The notes beneath the pieces are model-generated. The model searched no databases. It saw nothing but the letters and a program-made list of their open reading frames with translations, and had not been told where the DNA came from. Source: Coprobacillaceae bacterium (GTDB lineage Bacteria > Bacillota_I > Bacilli_A > Erysipelotrichales > Coprobacillaceae). Taken from it: 32,000 bases of DNA. The stretch lies in contig OY780959.1 of the NCBI GenBank assembly GCA_963675915.1, forward strand, positions 1,410,001 to 1,442,000, read 5' to 3'. Shown piece by piece: positions 24,362 through 32,000 of this stretch (its first letter is position 1; each line of letters begins with the position of its first letter). The translations under genes were made by a program, and so were the position numbers.

Positions 24362-25609
24362 CTAAATTAAGCCAATGTCTTTGCGATAGTACATACCATC
24401 AAAGTTTATTACTTTCGCATCTTGATAAACTTTTGCTCTTGCATCTTCAAGATTATCACCTAATGCACAAATATTCAAGACACGACCACCATTTGTAACA
24501 ATTTTCCCATCAACTTCTTTAGTTCCGGCATGGAAAATCACATATTGGGCGTCATCCAGTCCGGTGATTTCCAGACCTTTTGGATAACTTCCCGGATATC
24601 CAGGCGAAGACAGCACAAGTGTTGCCACTGTTTTGTCAGACCATTTCAATTCCTGAGTTTTCAAAGTGTTGGTAGCACATGCTTCCATAACCGCCGCCAA
24701 GTCTGATTCCAGACGCAGCAGGATTGATTGAGTTTCCGGATCACCGAAACGGACATTGAATTCCAGAATGTTGATTTCATCACCATCGATCATCAGACCG
24801 ATGAAGACGATTCCACGGTAATCAAGGCCATCGGCTTTGATCCCCGCCATGAATTTAGCCAGGATTTCCTCTTCGAATCTGGCTTCGATTTCAGCTGGCA
24901 AGAATGGATTAGGACTTACTGTCCCCATTCCTCCGGTATTAGGTCCGGTATTTCCTTCACCGATTTGTTTGTGGTCTTTGACCGAAACCATCGGCAGGAT
25001 AGTGTCGTTATCGACAAAACAAAGCAATGAACATTCGAATCCTTTCAGGAATTCTTCAATTACCACTTTATCCCCGGCATCAGAAAGGGTTTTGGTAACC
25101 ATGATGTCTTCTAGAGCTTGTAAAGCCATTGCTTCATCTTCACAGATGATAACCCCTTTACCGGCCGCCAGACCATCAGCTTTGATTACAACCGGATAAG
25201 AGAAACCATTAAGCGCTTCTTTAGCCTCTTCAACAGTATCAACTTCCACATATTTGGCAGTTTTGATTCCATGACGGATCATGAAATCTTTTGAGAATGC
25301 TTTTGAACCTTCAAGCTGCGCTGCTGCTTTTCGAGGACCAAAAGCCAAATGACCAGTAGCTTCAATTGCGTCTACCAATCCCAGACACAATGGCACTTCC
25401 GGCCCGACAACTGTCATATCGATATTATTATCTTCGACAAATTTTACAATTGTTTCAATATCTTCAACTGAACCATCTACGCAAGTAGCGATTTTTGCAA
25501 TTCCCGGATTCCCAGGAATTGCAAAAAGTTGGTCCACTTTATTTGATTCATTCAATTTATAACAAATGGCATGTTCACGACCACCACTTCCAATTACTAA
25601 TACTTTCAT
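24362..25609 (-). CDS. purD: phosphoribosylamine--glycine ligase
   Basis: MKVLVIGSGGREHAI N-terminus and an ATP-grasp core. The start was moved from 25651 to the ATG at 25609, 4 nt after AGGAGG (spacer TCAA); the track start would overlap purH. Confidence 0.92.
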   Translation of the reverse strand: MKVLVIGSGGREHAICYKLNESNKVDQLFAIPGNPGIAKIATCVDGSVEDIETIVKFVEDNNIDMTVVGPEVPLCLGLVDAIEATGHLAFGPRKAAAQLEGSKAFSKDFMIRHGIKTAKYVEVDTVEEAKEALNGFSYPVVIKADGLAAGKGVIICEDEAMALQALEDIMVTKTLSDAGDKVVIEEFLKGFECSLLCFVDNDTILPMVSVKDHKQIGEGNTGPNTGGMGTVSPNPFLPAEIEARFEEEILAKFMAGIKADGLDYRGIVFIGLMIDGDEINILEFNVRFGDPETQSILLRLESDLAAVMEACATNTLKTQELKWSDKTVATLVLSSPGYPGSYPKGLEITGLDDAQYVIFHAGTKEVDGKIVTNGGRVLNICALGDNLEDARAKVYQDAKVINFDGMYYRKDIGLI

Positions 25610-25617
25610 TTGACCTC

Positions 25618-27144
25618 CTAGTGTCTGAAGTGACGTAATCCAGTAAAGCACATTGGAATATTCACTTCATTACAATAATCGATTGAGTCTTGATCACGAA
25701 CCGATCCCCCTGGTTGAACCACGGCAGAAATTCCAGCTTTGTAAGCTGCTTTTACCGAGTCGTTGAATGGGAAGAATGCATCAGATGCCAGAGTTGAACC
25801 GCTGAAGTCTTTGTCGGCATTGTTGTTGATCGCATTTTCGATCGCCCAGATTCTTGAAGTCTGACCGCCACCGACAGCCAAAGTAGCTCCGTCTTTAACG
25901 ATACAGATTGCATTTGATTTAACGTATTTAACTACTTTCATTCCAAATTCCATGTCAGAAAGTTGAGCTGGAGTAGGTTTTGTTTCAGTAACTGTTTCCA
26001 ATCCTTCAAGCATTTTGGTGTTAAGATCTTGAACCAGTACTTGTCCTTCAAGATATTTGATGTCATACATTGCTTCACGGCAATAAACATCTTTCAATTT
26101 CAGGATGCGCAAGTTTTTCTTTTTCTTCAAGACTTCCAAAGCATCATCATCGAAGTCCGGTGCCGCTACGATTTCCAAGAAGATTTTGTTCATTTGTTCA
26201 GCAGTTGCTTTGTCGATTTTGTAGTTGACCGCCACGATACCACCGAAGATTGAAGTCGGGTCACCTTCATAGGCTTTCATATATGATTCATATCCGGTTT
26301 CACCAATGGCAACTCCACAAGGAGTTGAGTGTTTGATTGCTACTGTAACTGTTTGGTCAGTGAATTCACGAACCAGGGCCACACCACCGTACAAGTCATT
26401 GACATTGTTGAATGAGATGGCTTTACCGTGCAATTGTTCATAATCCAATAATGAATTTTGAACGAACGTATCATGATAACGGTTCGCTCTTTGATGAGAG
26501 TTTTCACCATAACGAAGTTCTTCATCTTTTTTAAGGGAGATGTTAAGAATTTCAGGCATATCATCTTTGTTGATTTTGCTGAAGTAACGAGAGATAACTG
26601 CATCGTAACTTCCAGTCAGACTGAAGGCTTTACCAGCCAATACTTGACGGAAAGCCAAGTCGATATCGTCTGCTTTTAATTTTTCAATTACTAAATTATA
26701 ATCATTTACATCAGTAACAACTAAAACGTCTTGGTAGTTTTTAGCTGCTGAACGGATCATTGAAGGTCCACCGATATCGATGTTTTCAATCATTTCCGCA
26801 ATCGGAGCATTTTTTTGCAATGCTTTTTCGAATTCGTACAAGTTTACACAAACAAGATCAATCGGTTTGATATCCATTTTGGCAACAGTATCCACATGTT
26901 CTTGCAGATCACGACGATAAAGAAGTCCGCCATGAACTTTTGGATGCAATGTTTTTACCCGACCATCAAGGATTTCCGGGAACCCGGTAACATCATCGAT
27001 TGCGATACAGTCAATTCCGGCTTCTTTCAATTTTGCCATTGTTCCACCAGTCGAAACAATCTCAAAATCCAAAGCAACCAATTCTTGACAGAATTCCACG
27101 ATACCAGTTTTATCAGTTACACTTACTAAAGCACGTTTTTTCAT
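25618..27144 (-). CDS. purH: bifunctional AICAR transformylase / IMP cyclohydrolase
   Basis: 508 aa. KRALVSVTDKTG (MGS-like N domain), GRVKTLHPKVHGG, and the C-terminal AICARFT domain ending FRH. Confidence 0.92.
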   Translation of the reverse strand: MKKRALVSVTDKTGIVEFCQELVALDFEIVSTGGTMAKLKEAGIDCIAIDDVTGFPEILDGRVKTLHPKVHGGLLYRRDLQEHVDTVAKMDIKPIDLVCVNLYEFEKALQKNAPIAEMIENIDIGGPSMIRSAAKNYQDVLVVTDVNDYNLVIEKLKADDIDLAFRQVLAGKAFSLTGSYDAVISRYFSKINKDDMPEILNISLKKDEELRYGENSHQRANRYHDTFVQNSLLDYEQLHGKAISFNNVNDLYGGVALVREFTDQTVTVAIKHSTPCGVAIGETGYESYMKAYEGDPTSIFGGIVAVNYKIDKATAEQMNKIFLEIVAAPDFDDDALEVLKKKKNLRILKLKDVYCREAMYDIKYLEGQVLVQDLNTKMLEGLETVTETKPTPAQLSDMEFGMKVVKYVKSNAICIVKDGATLAVGGGQTSRIWAIENAINNNADKDFSGSTLASDAFFPFNDSVKAAYKAGISAVVQPGGSVRDQDSIDYCNEVNIPMCFTGLRHFRH

Positions 27145-27734
27145 TTAATTATAACCCTTCCTTCTTTAACTTCTAATCGCTCTTCACAATACAGTCTTAC
27201 TGCCCTTGGAAGAATCTCATGTTCAACCTTCAGGACACGTTCACCGATTTCATCGGCATTTTTTACATCTTTGATATCCACAATTTCTTGGAGGATGATT
27301 GGTCCGCCATCGACGATTTTAGACACAAAATGGACAGTCGCCCCGGAATAATGAACCCCGCGTTTATAAGCCGCTTCATGGACATGATGACCAAAGAAGC
27401 CCGGACCGCAAAATGAAGGGATTAAAGAAGGGTGAATGTTAATCATCTTGTTTTCATATTCTTCCAGAATTTCATCAGAGATAATCGCCAGATAACCAGC
27501 CAGGACTACCAAGTCAATCTTGTATTCCCGAAACAGTTCCAGCAAGTGATGATCGTCATTACGAACCACATAATTATCGATATTATTATCTTTTGCTCTG
27601 GTCAGACCATATGCGTTTTTACGGTTGGAAACGACCAGTTTGATTTCACCATTAAAATCATGCGTTTTTTGGTGATCAAGCAGTGATTGGAGGTTTGACC
27701 CTCCACCACTAACCAAAACAGCTATATTTACCAT
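27141..27734 (-). CDS. purN: phosphoribosylglycinamide formyltransferase
   Basis: 197 aa. [24 protein letters not shown]...VDGGPII. Overlaps purM by 7 nt and purH by 4 nt (ATGA). Confidence 0.9.
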   Translation of the reverse strand: MVNIAVLVSGGGSNLQSLLDHQKTHDFNGEIKLVVSNRKNAYGLTRAKDNNIDNYVVRNDDHHLLELFREYKIDLVVLAGYLAIISDEILEEYENKMINIHPSLIPSFCGPGFFGHHVHEAAYKRGVHYSGATVHFVSKIVDGGPIILQEIVDIKDVKNADEIGERVLKVEHEILPRAVRLYCEERLEVKEGRVIIK

Positions 27735-28759
27735 TTAAGGGTAACTCCCGGTTTATCAGTAACTTTACCGATAACGTAAGCTTTTTCATCAATTGCACTT
27801 AACAGTTCCAATACTTGATCAACATCTTCTTTTTCAACTGCCATTACAAATCCGATTCCCATATTGAAAACATTGTACATTTCTTTAGTTTCGATGTTTC
27901 CGATTTTACCGATCAATTCGAAGATTTTAGGGGTTTCGAAGGTATTGACATCGATTTCCACTCCCAGGTCATCTTTAAGCATCCGAGGCAGGTTTTCATA
28001 GAAACCACCACCAGTGATATGGCTCATCCCTTTGATCGCTACTTTGTTTTTAAGCAACTCTTTGATTGCTTTTACGTAGATTTTAGTTGGAGTAAGCAAT
28101 TCTTCTCCCAAAGTTTTTCCAAAATCTTCGTAGTATTCATTAAGATCCAATTTTCCATCTTTTAGCAACACTTTACGGATCAATGAATATCCGTTTGAGT
28201 GACATCCGCTTGAAGGAAGACCGATCAACACTTGGTTGGCTGCAATAGTTGAACCATCAAGAAGGTCTTTTTTATCAACAGCCCCAACACAAAATCCAGC
28301 GATATCATAATGATCAACACTGTACATATCCGGCATTTCAGCAGTTTCCCCACCGATAAGAGCACATTCCGATTGAACACATCCATCAGAAACACCTTTT
28401 ACCAATTGTTCAATTTTAGTTGGCACGTTTTTTCCAACCGCCAGGTAATCAAGGAAGAAAATCGGCATAGCCCCTTGAACCAGGACATCATTGACACACA
28501 TGGCAACCGCATCGATTCCGATTGTGTCATGTTTGTCCATATCAAAAGCAACCATCAATTTGGTTCCGACTCCATCGGTCCCAGAAACCAAAACTGGTTC
28601 TTCCATTTTTAAAACACTTAAATCGAACATTCCTCCAAAGGCACCGATTGAATCGACAGCACCTTTGATTTTTGTTCTTGCTACGTGTGATTTGATTAAT
28701 TCTACTGATTCATAACCAGCTTCCAAATCGACACCGGCTTCACGATATTTTTGTGACAT
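27728..28759 (-). CDS. purM: phosphoribosylformylglycinamidine cyclo-ligase (AIR synthetase)
   Basis: 343 aa. [34 protein letters not shown]. Confidence 0.92.
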   Translation of the reverse strand: MSQKYREAGVDLEAGYESVELIKSHVARTKIKGAVDSIGAFGGMFDLSVLKMEEPVLVSGTDGVGTKLMVAFDMDKHDTIGIDAVAMCVNDVLVQGAMPIFFLDYLAVGKNVPTKIEQLVKGVSDGCVQSECALIGGETAEMPDMYSVDHYDIAGFCVGAVDKKDLLDGSTIAANQVLIGLPSSGCHSNGYSLIRKVLLKDGKLDLNEYYEDFGKTLGEELLTPTKIYVKAIKELLKNKVAIKGMSHITGGGFYENLPRMLKDDLGVEIDVNTFETPKIFELIGKIGNIETKEMYNVFNMGIGFVMAVEKEDVDQVLELLSAIDEKAYVIGKVTDKPGVTLKW

Positions 28760-28771
28760 TGTAATCTCCTA

Positions 28772-29473
28772 TTATTTTTGTAATCTTTTTAAAACTTCTT
28801 CGTAGGCATCAATCAAGTTACCCATATCACGTCTGAATACGTCTTTATCCAATTTAGCGTTAGTTTCAACATCCCATAAACGGCATGAATCTGGAGAAAT
28901 TTCATCAGCCAGAACGATTTGTCCGTCAGGTGTCTTTCCGAATTCGATTTTGAAGTCAACTAATTTCAAACCGATTTCCAGGAAGAATTTTTTCAGCAGT
29001 TCATTGATTTTCAATGTAGTTTCTTTGATGAATGCCAACTCTTCACGAGTAGCCAGTTTCAAAGCAACTGCATGGTCATCATTGATTAATGGATCATGGT
29101 AGTCATCATTTTTCCAGCATAATTCGAAGATTGGCTCATCAAGAGCTCCACCCTCTTCAAGACCAAGTCGGCGACAGATAGATCCTGCCAAAACGTTACG
29201 GATGATAACTTCCAATTCGAAGATTTCAACTTTTTTAACCAGAATGTCACGATCGTTCAATTTTTTGATCATATGAGTTTCGATTCCGTTTTCTTCCAAC
29301 ATTGCGAAAATGATTGAAGAAATTGTATTATTCAAAATCCCTTTGCTGTCGATGATGTCATGTTTGGCACCGTCTCCTGCAGTAGCATCATCTTTGAAAT
29401 GAATCATATAAACATTTTCATCTTCTGTTGCGTATACTTGTTTTGCTTTTCCTTCGTACAATAATTCTGCCAT
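28772..29473 (-). CDS. purC: SAICAR synthetase
   Basis: 233 aa. LYEGKAKQVY, and LADEISPDSCRLWD. Confidence 0.92.
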   Translation of the reverse strand: MAELLYEGKAKQVYATEDENVYMIHFKDDATAGDGAKHDIIDSKGILNNTISSIIFAMLEENGIETHMIKKLNDRDILVKKVEIFELEVIIRNVLAGSICRRLGLEEGGALDEPIFELCWKNDDYHDPLINDDHAVALKLATREELAFIKETTLKINELLKKFFLEIGLKLVDFKIEFGKTPDGQIVLADEISPDSCRLWDVETNAKLDKDVFRRDMGNLIDAYEEVLKRLQK

Positions 29474-29487
29474 TTTATCTCTCCTTG

Positions 29488-29979
29488 TTATTTGCTGTAT
29501 TTAGCCATTACTTCTTCGTTGGCTTTCAAGTTTGCTTGTTTGATTTCTTCGCGGTATGCGATTAATTTTTCTTTGATTTCCGGATATTTGTTACCGATGA
29601 TTTGTAATGCCAGTAATGCGGCATTGTCACCACCATCGATTGCAACTGTGGCAACCGGCATTCCAGTTGGCATTTGAACGATTGAATACAACGCGTCCAT
29701 TCCGTCCAATTTAGAACCGGCGATAGGTACCCCGATTACAGGTGTAACTGTCATCGCTGCCATAACTCCAGGCAAGTGAGCAGCTTTTCCCGCAGCTCCG
29801 ATAATAACTTCAGTTCCGTTTACTTTAGTGTCTTCGATAAAAGTTTGTAATTCATGATGGGCACGGTGTGCTGACAAAACGCGTACATCAACATCAACTC
29901 CCCAGTCAATCAATAAATCAATCATGCTTTCCAATTTTGGCAGGTCACTTTTTGACCCCATTACAACTGCTACTTTCAT
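29488..29979 (-). CDS. purE: N5-carboxyaminoimidazole ribonucleotide mutase (class I PurE)
   Basis: 163 aa. VAVVMGSKSD, SAHR, AAGKAAHLPGV, LYSIVQMPTGMPVATV. The SAHR and AAHLPG motifs match class I PurE as I recall E. coli PurE, not the class II SAHK/GRSNGLG type. Confidence 0.9.
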   Translation of the reverse strand: MKVAVVMGSKSDLPKLESMIDLLIDWGVDVDVRVLSAHRAHHELQTFIEDTKVNGTEVIIGAAGKAAHLPGVMAAMTVTPVIGVPIAGSKLDGMDALYSIVQMPTGMPVATVAIDGGDNAALLALQIIGNKYPEIKEKLIAYREEIKQANLKANEEVMAKYSK

Positions 29980-29987
29980 GCTACCTC

Positions 29988-31655
29988 CTAGAATAATCCT
30001 GTAATTTTTCCGTCGTCATCAATATCCATATTTATTGCTGCCGGTCTTTTTGGCAGACCAGGCATTCTCATGATCGAACCAGAGATTGCTACCAGGAATC
30101 CTGCTCCGACTGATGGAATTATATCTGAAATAGTGATTTCGAAATCACTAGGTCGACCCAATTTGGTTTGGTCATCAGACAGTGAATATTGGGTTTTGGC
30201 CATACAGATTGCCAGGTCGCTTAACCCTTGTTGATTGAATTGTCTGATTTTTGTTTTGGCTTTCTTGCTTAAAATCACGCCAGAAGCACCATATACTTCT
30301 TTGGCAATGGTATTCAATTTATCTTCAATCGAGCTATCCAGTTCATAGATAGGATGATAGTTGCTTGGTGTTTCCAATGTTTCCATTACTTTATTGGCCA
30401 GATCGATTGCGCCATCGCCACCGTTGGCAAATACTGTCGACATTGATACTTTGACTCCGATATTTTCGCACAGCTCTTTTAGAGTCGCGATTTCAGCTTC
30501 AGTATCTGTCGGGAAGACGTTGATTGCCACTACACTAGGCAATCCGAATTTATTCATATTTTCCAGATGTTTTTCCAAGTTTTCAAATCCGGCTTTCAAA
30601 GCTTCCAGGTTTTCCCCGGCCAGATCAGTCTTATTGACCCCACCATGCATCTTAAGGGCACGGATAGTTGCCACCACGACTGCCATATCCGGTTTCAAAT
30701 CACCTTGACGGCATTTGATATCCAGGAATTTTTCAGCTCCCAGATCGGCACCGAATCCCGCTTCAGTGATTGCGATATCCCCAAGTTTCAACGCCAGTTT
30801 GGTTGCAATCATCGAATTGCAGCCATGAGCAATATTCGCAAACGGACCACCGTGGATCAAGACCGGATAATGATCAAGAGTCTGAACGATGTTTGGTTTG
30901 AAGGCATCTTTAAGCAACAAAGTAACTGCTCCGGTTGCTTCAAGCTCATCAACAGTAACCGGTTCACGGTTGAAGTTGTAAGCCACGATCATTTTACCTA
31001 AACGTTCTTTTAGATCGCTCATTGAAGTAGCCAGGCATAAAACTGCCATTACTTCGCTGGCAACCGCGATATCGAAACCATCTTCACGAGGGACACCTTG
31101 AAGCGGTCCGCCCATTCCAATCACGATATTTCTTAGAGCGCGGTCATTAAGATCGACAACCCGTTTCCAAACGATTCTTCTAACATCGATATTTAAAGGA
31201 TTTCCTTGATGAATCGAATTATCAAGCATTGCCGCAATCAGGTTGTTTGCCGTCGAAATCGCATGAATATCACCCGTGAAATGCAGGTTGATATCTTCCA
31301 TCGGTACTACTTGGGCATATCCGCCCCCAGCAGCTCCACCCTTGATTCCAAAACATGGACCAAGAGAAGGTTCTCTCATTGCAACGATTGTGTTGGTTCC
31401 GATTTGATTCAATCCTTGGGCCAATCCGATCATTGTAGTTGTTTTCCCTTCACCAGCCGGTGTCGGATTAATTGCGGTAACCAATACCAGTTTACCGTCT
31501 TTTTTGTCTTTCAGTTTTTCAATAGCTTCCAAAGAGATTTTGGCTTTGTATTTACCATATAATTCCAAATCATCTTCTTCCAGACCAATTTTTGCAGCGA
31601 CATCCTTAATAGGATCCATCTCAGTGCTTTGAGCAATCTCTACATCACTTAACAT
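29988..31655 (-). CDS. fhs: formate--tetrahydrofolate ligase
   Basis: 555 aa. [24 protein letters not shown]-loop, [11 protein letters not shown]. First gene of the operon, 8 nt upstream of purE. Confidence 0.92.
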   Translation of the reverse strand: MLSDVEIAQSTEMDPIKDVAAKIGLEEDDLELYGKYKAKISLEAIEKLKDKKDGKLVLVTAINPTPAGEGKTTTMIGLAQGLNQIGTNTIVAMREPSLGPCFGIKGGAAGGGYAQVVPMEDINLHFTGDIHAISTANNLIAAMLDNSIHQGNPLNIDVRRIVWKRVVDLNDRALRNIVIGMGGPLQGVPREDGFDIAVASEVMAVLCLATSMSDLKERLGKMIVAYNFNREPVTVDELEATGAVTLLLKDAFKPNIVQTLDHYPVLIHGGPFANIAHGCNSMIATKLALKLGDIAITEAGFGADLGAEKFLDIKCRQGDLKPDMAVVVATIRALKMHGGVNKTDLAGENLEALKAGFENLEKHLENMNKFGLPSVVAINVFPTDTEAEIATLKELCENIGVKVSMSTVFANGGDGAIDLANKVMETLETPSNYHPIYELDSSIEDKLNTIAKEVYGASGVILSKKAKTKIRQFNQQGLSDLAICMAKTQYSLSDDQTKLGRPSDFEITISDIIPSVGAGFLVAISGSIMRMPGLPKRPAAINMDIDDDGKITGLF

Positions 31656-31740
31656 TTAATTCATCCTTTCCATTAAATTCACCTATAACTAGAATAACAT
31701 TTTTCAAGTCAACACTCAATCTTTTGTCACACTTTGGGTA

Positions 31741-31848
31741 AGAAAACAAAAAAAGAGCTCAACAGTCCTAGGCTTGTGCCCAGACGGTCGGCTCTTACGA
31801 TTATACTTCATGTGGTCAATTCCACTTCCGTCAGTCGTATAACTAAGC
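31741..31848 (-). promoter_or_regulatory. ZTP (pfl-motif) riboswitch aptamer plus overlapping intrinsic terminator in the fhs-pur leader
   Basis: Minus-strand RNA reads CUUAGUUAUAC-GACUGACG-GAA-GUGG-AAUUGA-CCAC-AUGAA-GUAUAAU-CGUAAGA-GCC-GACCGUCUG-GGC-A..., then GCCUAGGACUGUUGAGCUC-UUUUUUU. P1 is GUUAUAC/GUAUAAU. There is a GACUGGCG-like box, a P2 hairpin and an ACCGCCUGGGCA-like box. The pseudoknot pair GACGG/CCGUC is preserved by a double change. Recognised by eye, no covariance-model search run. Confidence 0.65.
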
Positions 31849-31850
31849 AC

Positions 31851-31879
31851 ATATTACCATGATTGACTACATTTTCCAA
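31851..31879 (-). promoter_or_regulatory. promoter of the fhs-pur operon (TTGGAA-N17-TAATAT, TG-extended)
   Basis: Minus strand reads TTGGAA (31879-31874), a 17-nt spacer ending in TGG, then TAATAT (31856-31851). This places the transcription start just 5' of the riboswitch P1 stem. Confidence 0.55.
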
Positions 31880-31902
31880 CTAATTTTTTCACTTATTTTC
31901 CC

Positions 31903-32000
31903 TTAAAATGAATGGGACTCGATTTTAGTCAGGATCGCATCTTTTCGGGCTCCTTCGACGATTACCGGGTGGAAATCATTGCGCCAGTCAACTGATGAAA
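31903..32000 (-). CDS. 3' end of an unidentified gene entering from the right edge (last 31 codons)
   Basis: The open minus-strand frame reads ...SSVDWRNDFHPVIVEGARKDAILTKIESHSF, with stop TAA at 31905-31903. It is too short to assign a family, and no other frame is open here. Confidence 0.35.
   Translation of the reverse strand, partial: SSVDWRNDFHPVIVEGARKDAILTKIESHSF

Noticed and set aside
31656-31740. A possible second promoter (TTGACT...TTATAG) between the riboswitch terminator and the fhs start, which would bypass the riboswitch.
   Set aside because: The -10 candidate is poor and its spacing is ambiguous. This is more likely just AT-rich 5' UTR. It is worth checking with 5'-end mapping but is not supportable from sequence.
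31790-31848. Purine (guanine/adenine) riboswitch in the pur leader, suggested by a UAUAAU string and the purine-operon context.
   Set aside because: The sequence following UAUAAU does not form the P2/P3 hairpins with the conserved loop-loop and junction nucleotides of the purine aptamer. The same nucleotides fit the P1 3' strand of a ZTP-type fold much better.
1-32000. Searched for mobile elements, prophage or integrase genes, CRISPR repeats, tandem repeats, toxin-antitoxin pairs, restriction-modification or other defence cassettes, and tRNA or rRNA genes.
   Set aside because: None found. Every large ORF has a housekeeping, transport or regulatory signature, there are no terminal inverted repeats or direct-repeat arrays, and there are no cloverleaf-like or rRNA-like sequences.

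Overview
This looks like a chromosomal segment from a low-GC Gram-positive (Bacillota-like) genome. It has GGAGG-type ribosome binding sites, near-consensus TTGACA-N17-TATAAT promoters and many hairpin plus U-tract terminators. I support about 30 protein genes. On the + strand at 1-4.1 kb are a LysR regulator and an RpiR regulator followed by a GH4 6-phospho-beta-glucosidase. The N-terminus of purA runs off the left edge on the minus strand. From 4.2 kb to the right edge every gene is on the minus strand. In order these are an aldo/keto reductase, DUF368 plus a CinA-like gene, a MarR-controlled heterodimeric ABC exporter pair, proB-proA plus a C_GCAxxG_C_C gene, an LtrA-family membrane protein, a PadR-DUF1700-DUF4097 module and an SDR oxidoreductase. 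A nine-gene operon fhs-purE-purC-purM-purN-purH-purD-purL-purB follows, and by eye it is preceded by a ZTP (pfl-type) riboswitch with an overlapping terminator. I found no rRNA, tRNA, CRISPR array, transposase, integrase or recognisable defence or toxin cassette, so the window is mostly housekeeping. I do not see a clear-cut new multi-gene system. The best candidates for follow-up are: (i) the ZTP-like leader with a covarying pseudoknot; (ii) an ABC half-transporter with a roughly 170-aa extracytoplasmic insertion, paired with a catalytically asymmetric partner; (iii) the uncharacterised PadR-DUF1700-DUF4097 module; (iv) a CinA-like protein whose NMN-deamidase domain is replaced by an unknown 93-aa tail; (v) a C_GCAxxG_C_C protein translationally coupled to proBA; and (vi) several unusually long non-coding gaps with small ORFs or palindromes. 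All product calls rest on motif recognition by eye, with no database search run. Several ORF-track starts were moved to downstream ATGs that have proper Shine-Dalgarno sequences.
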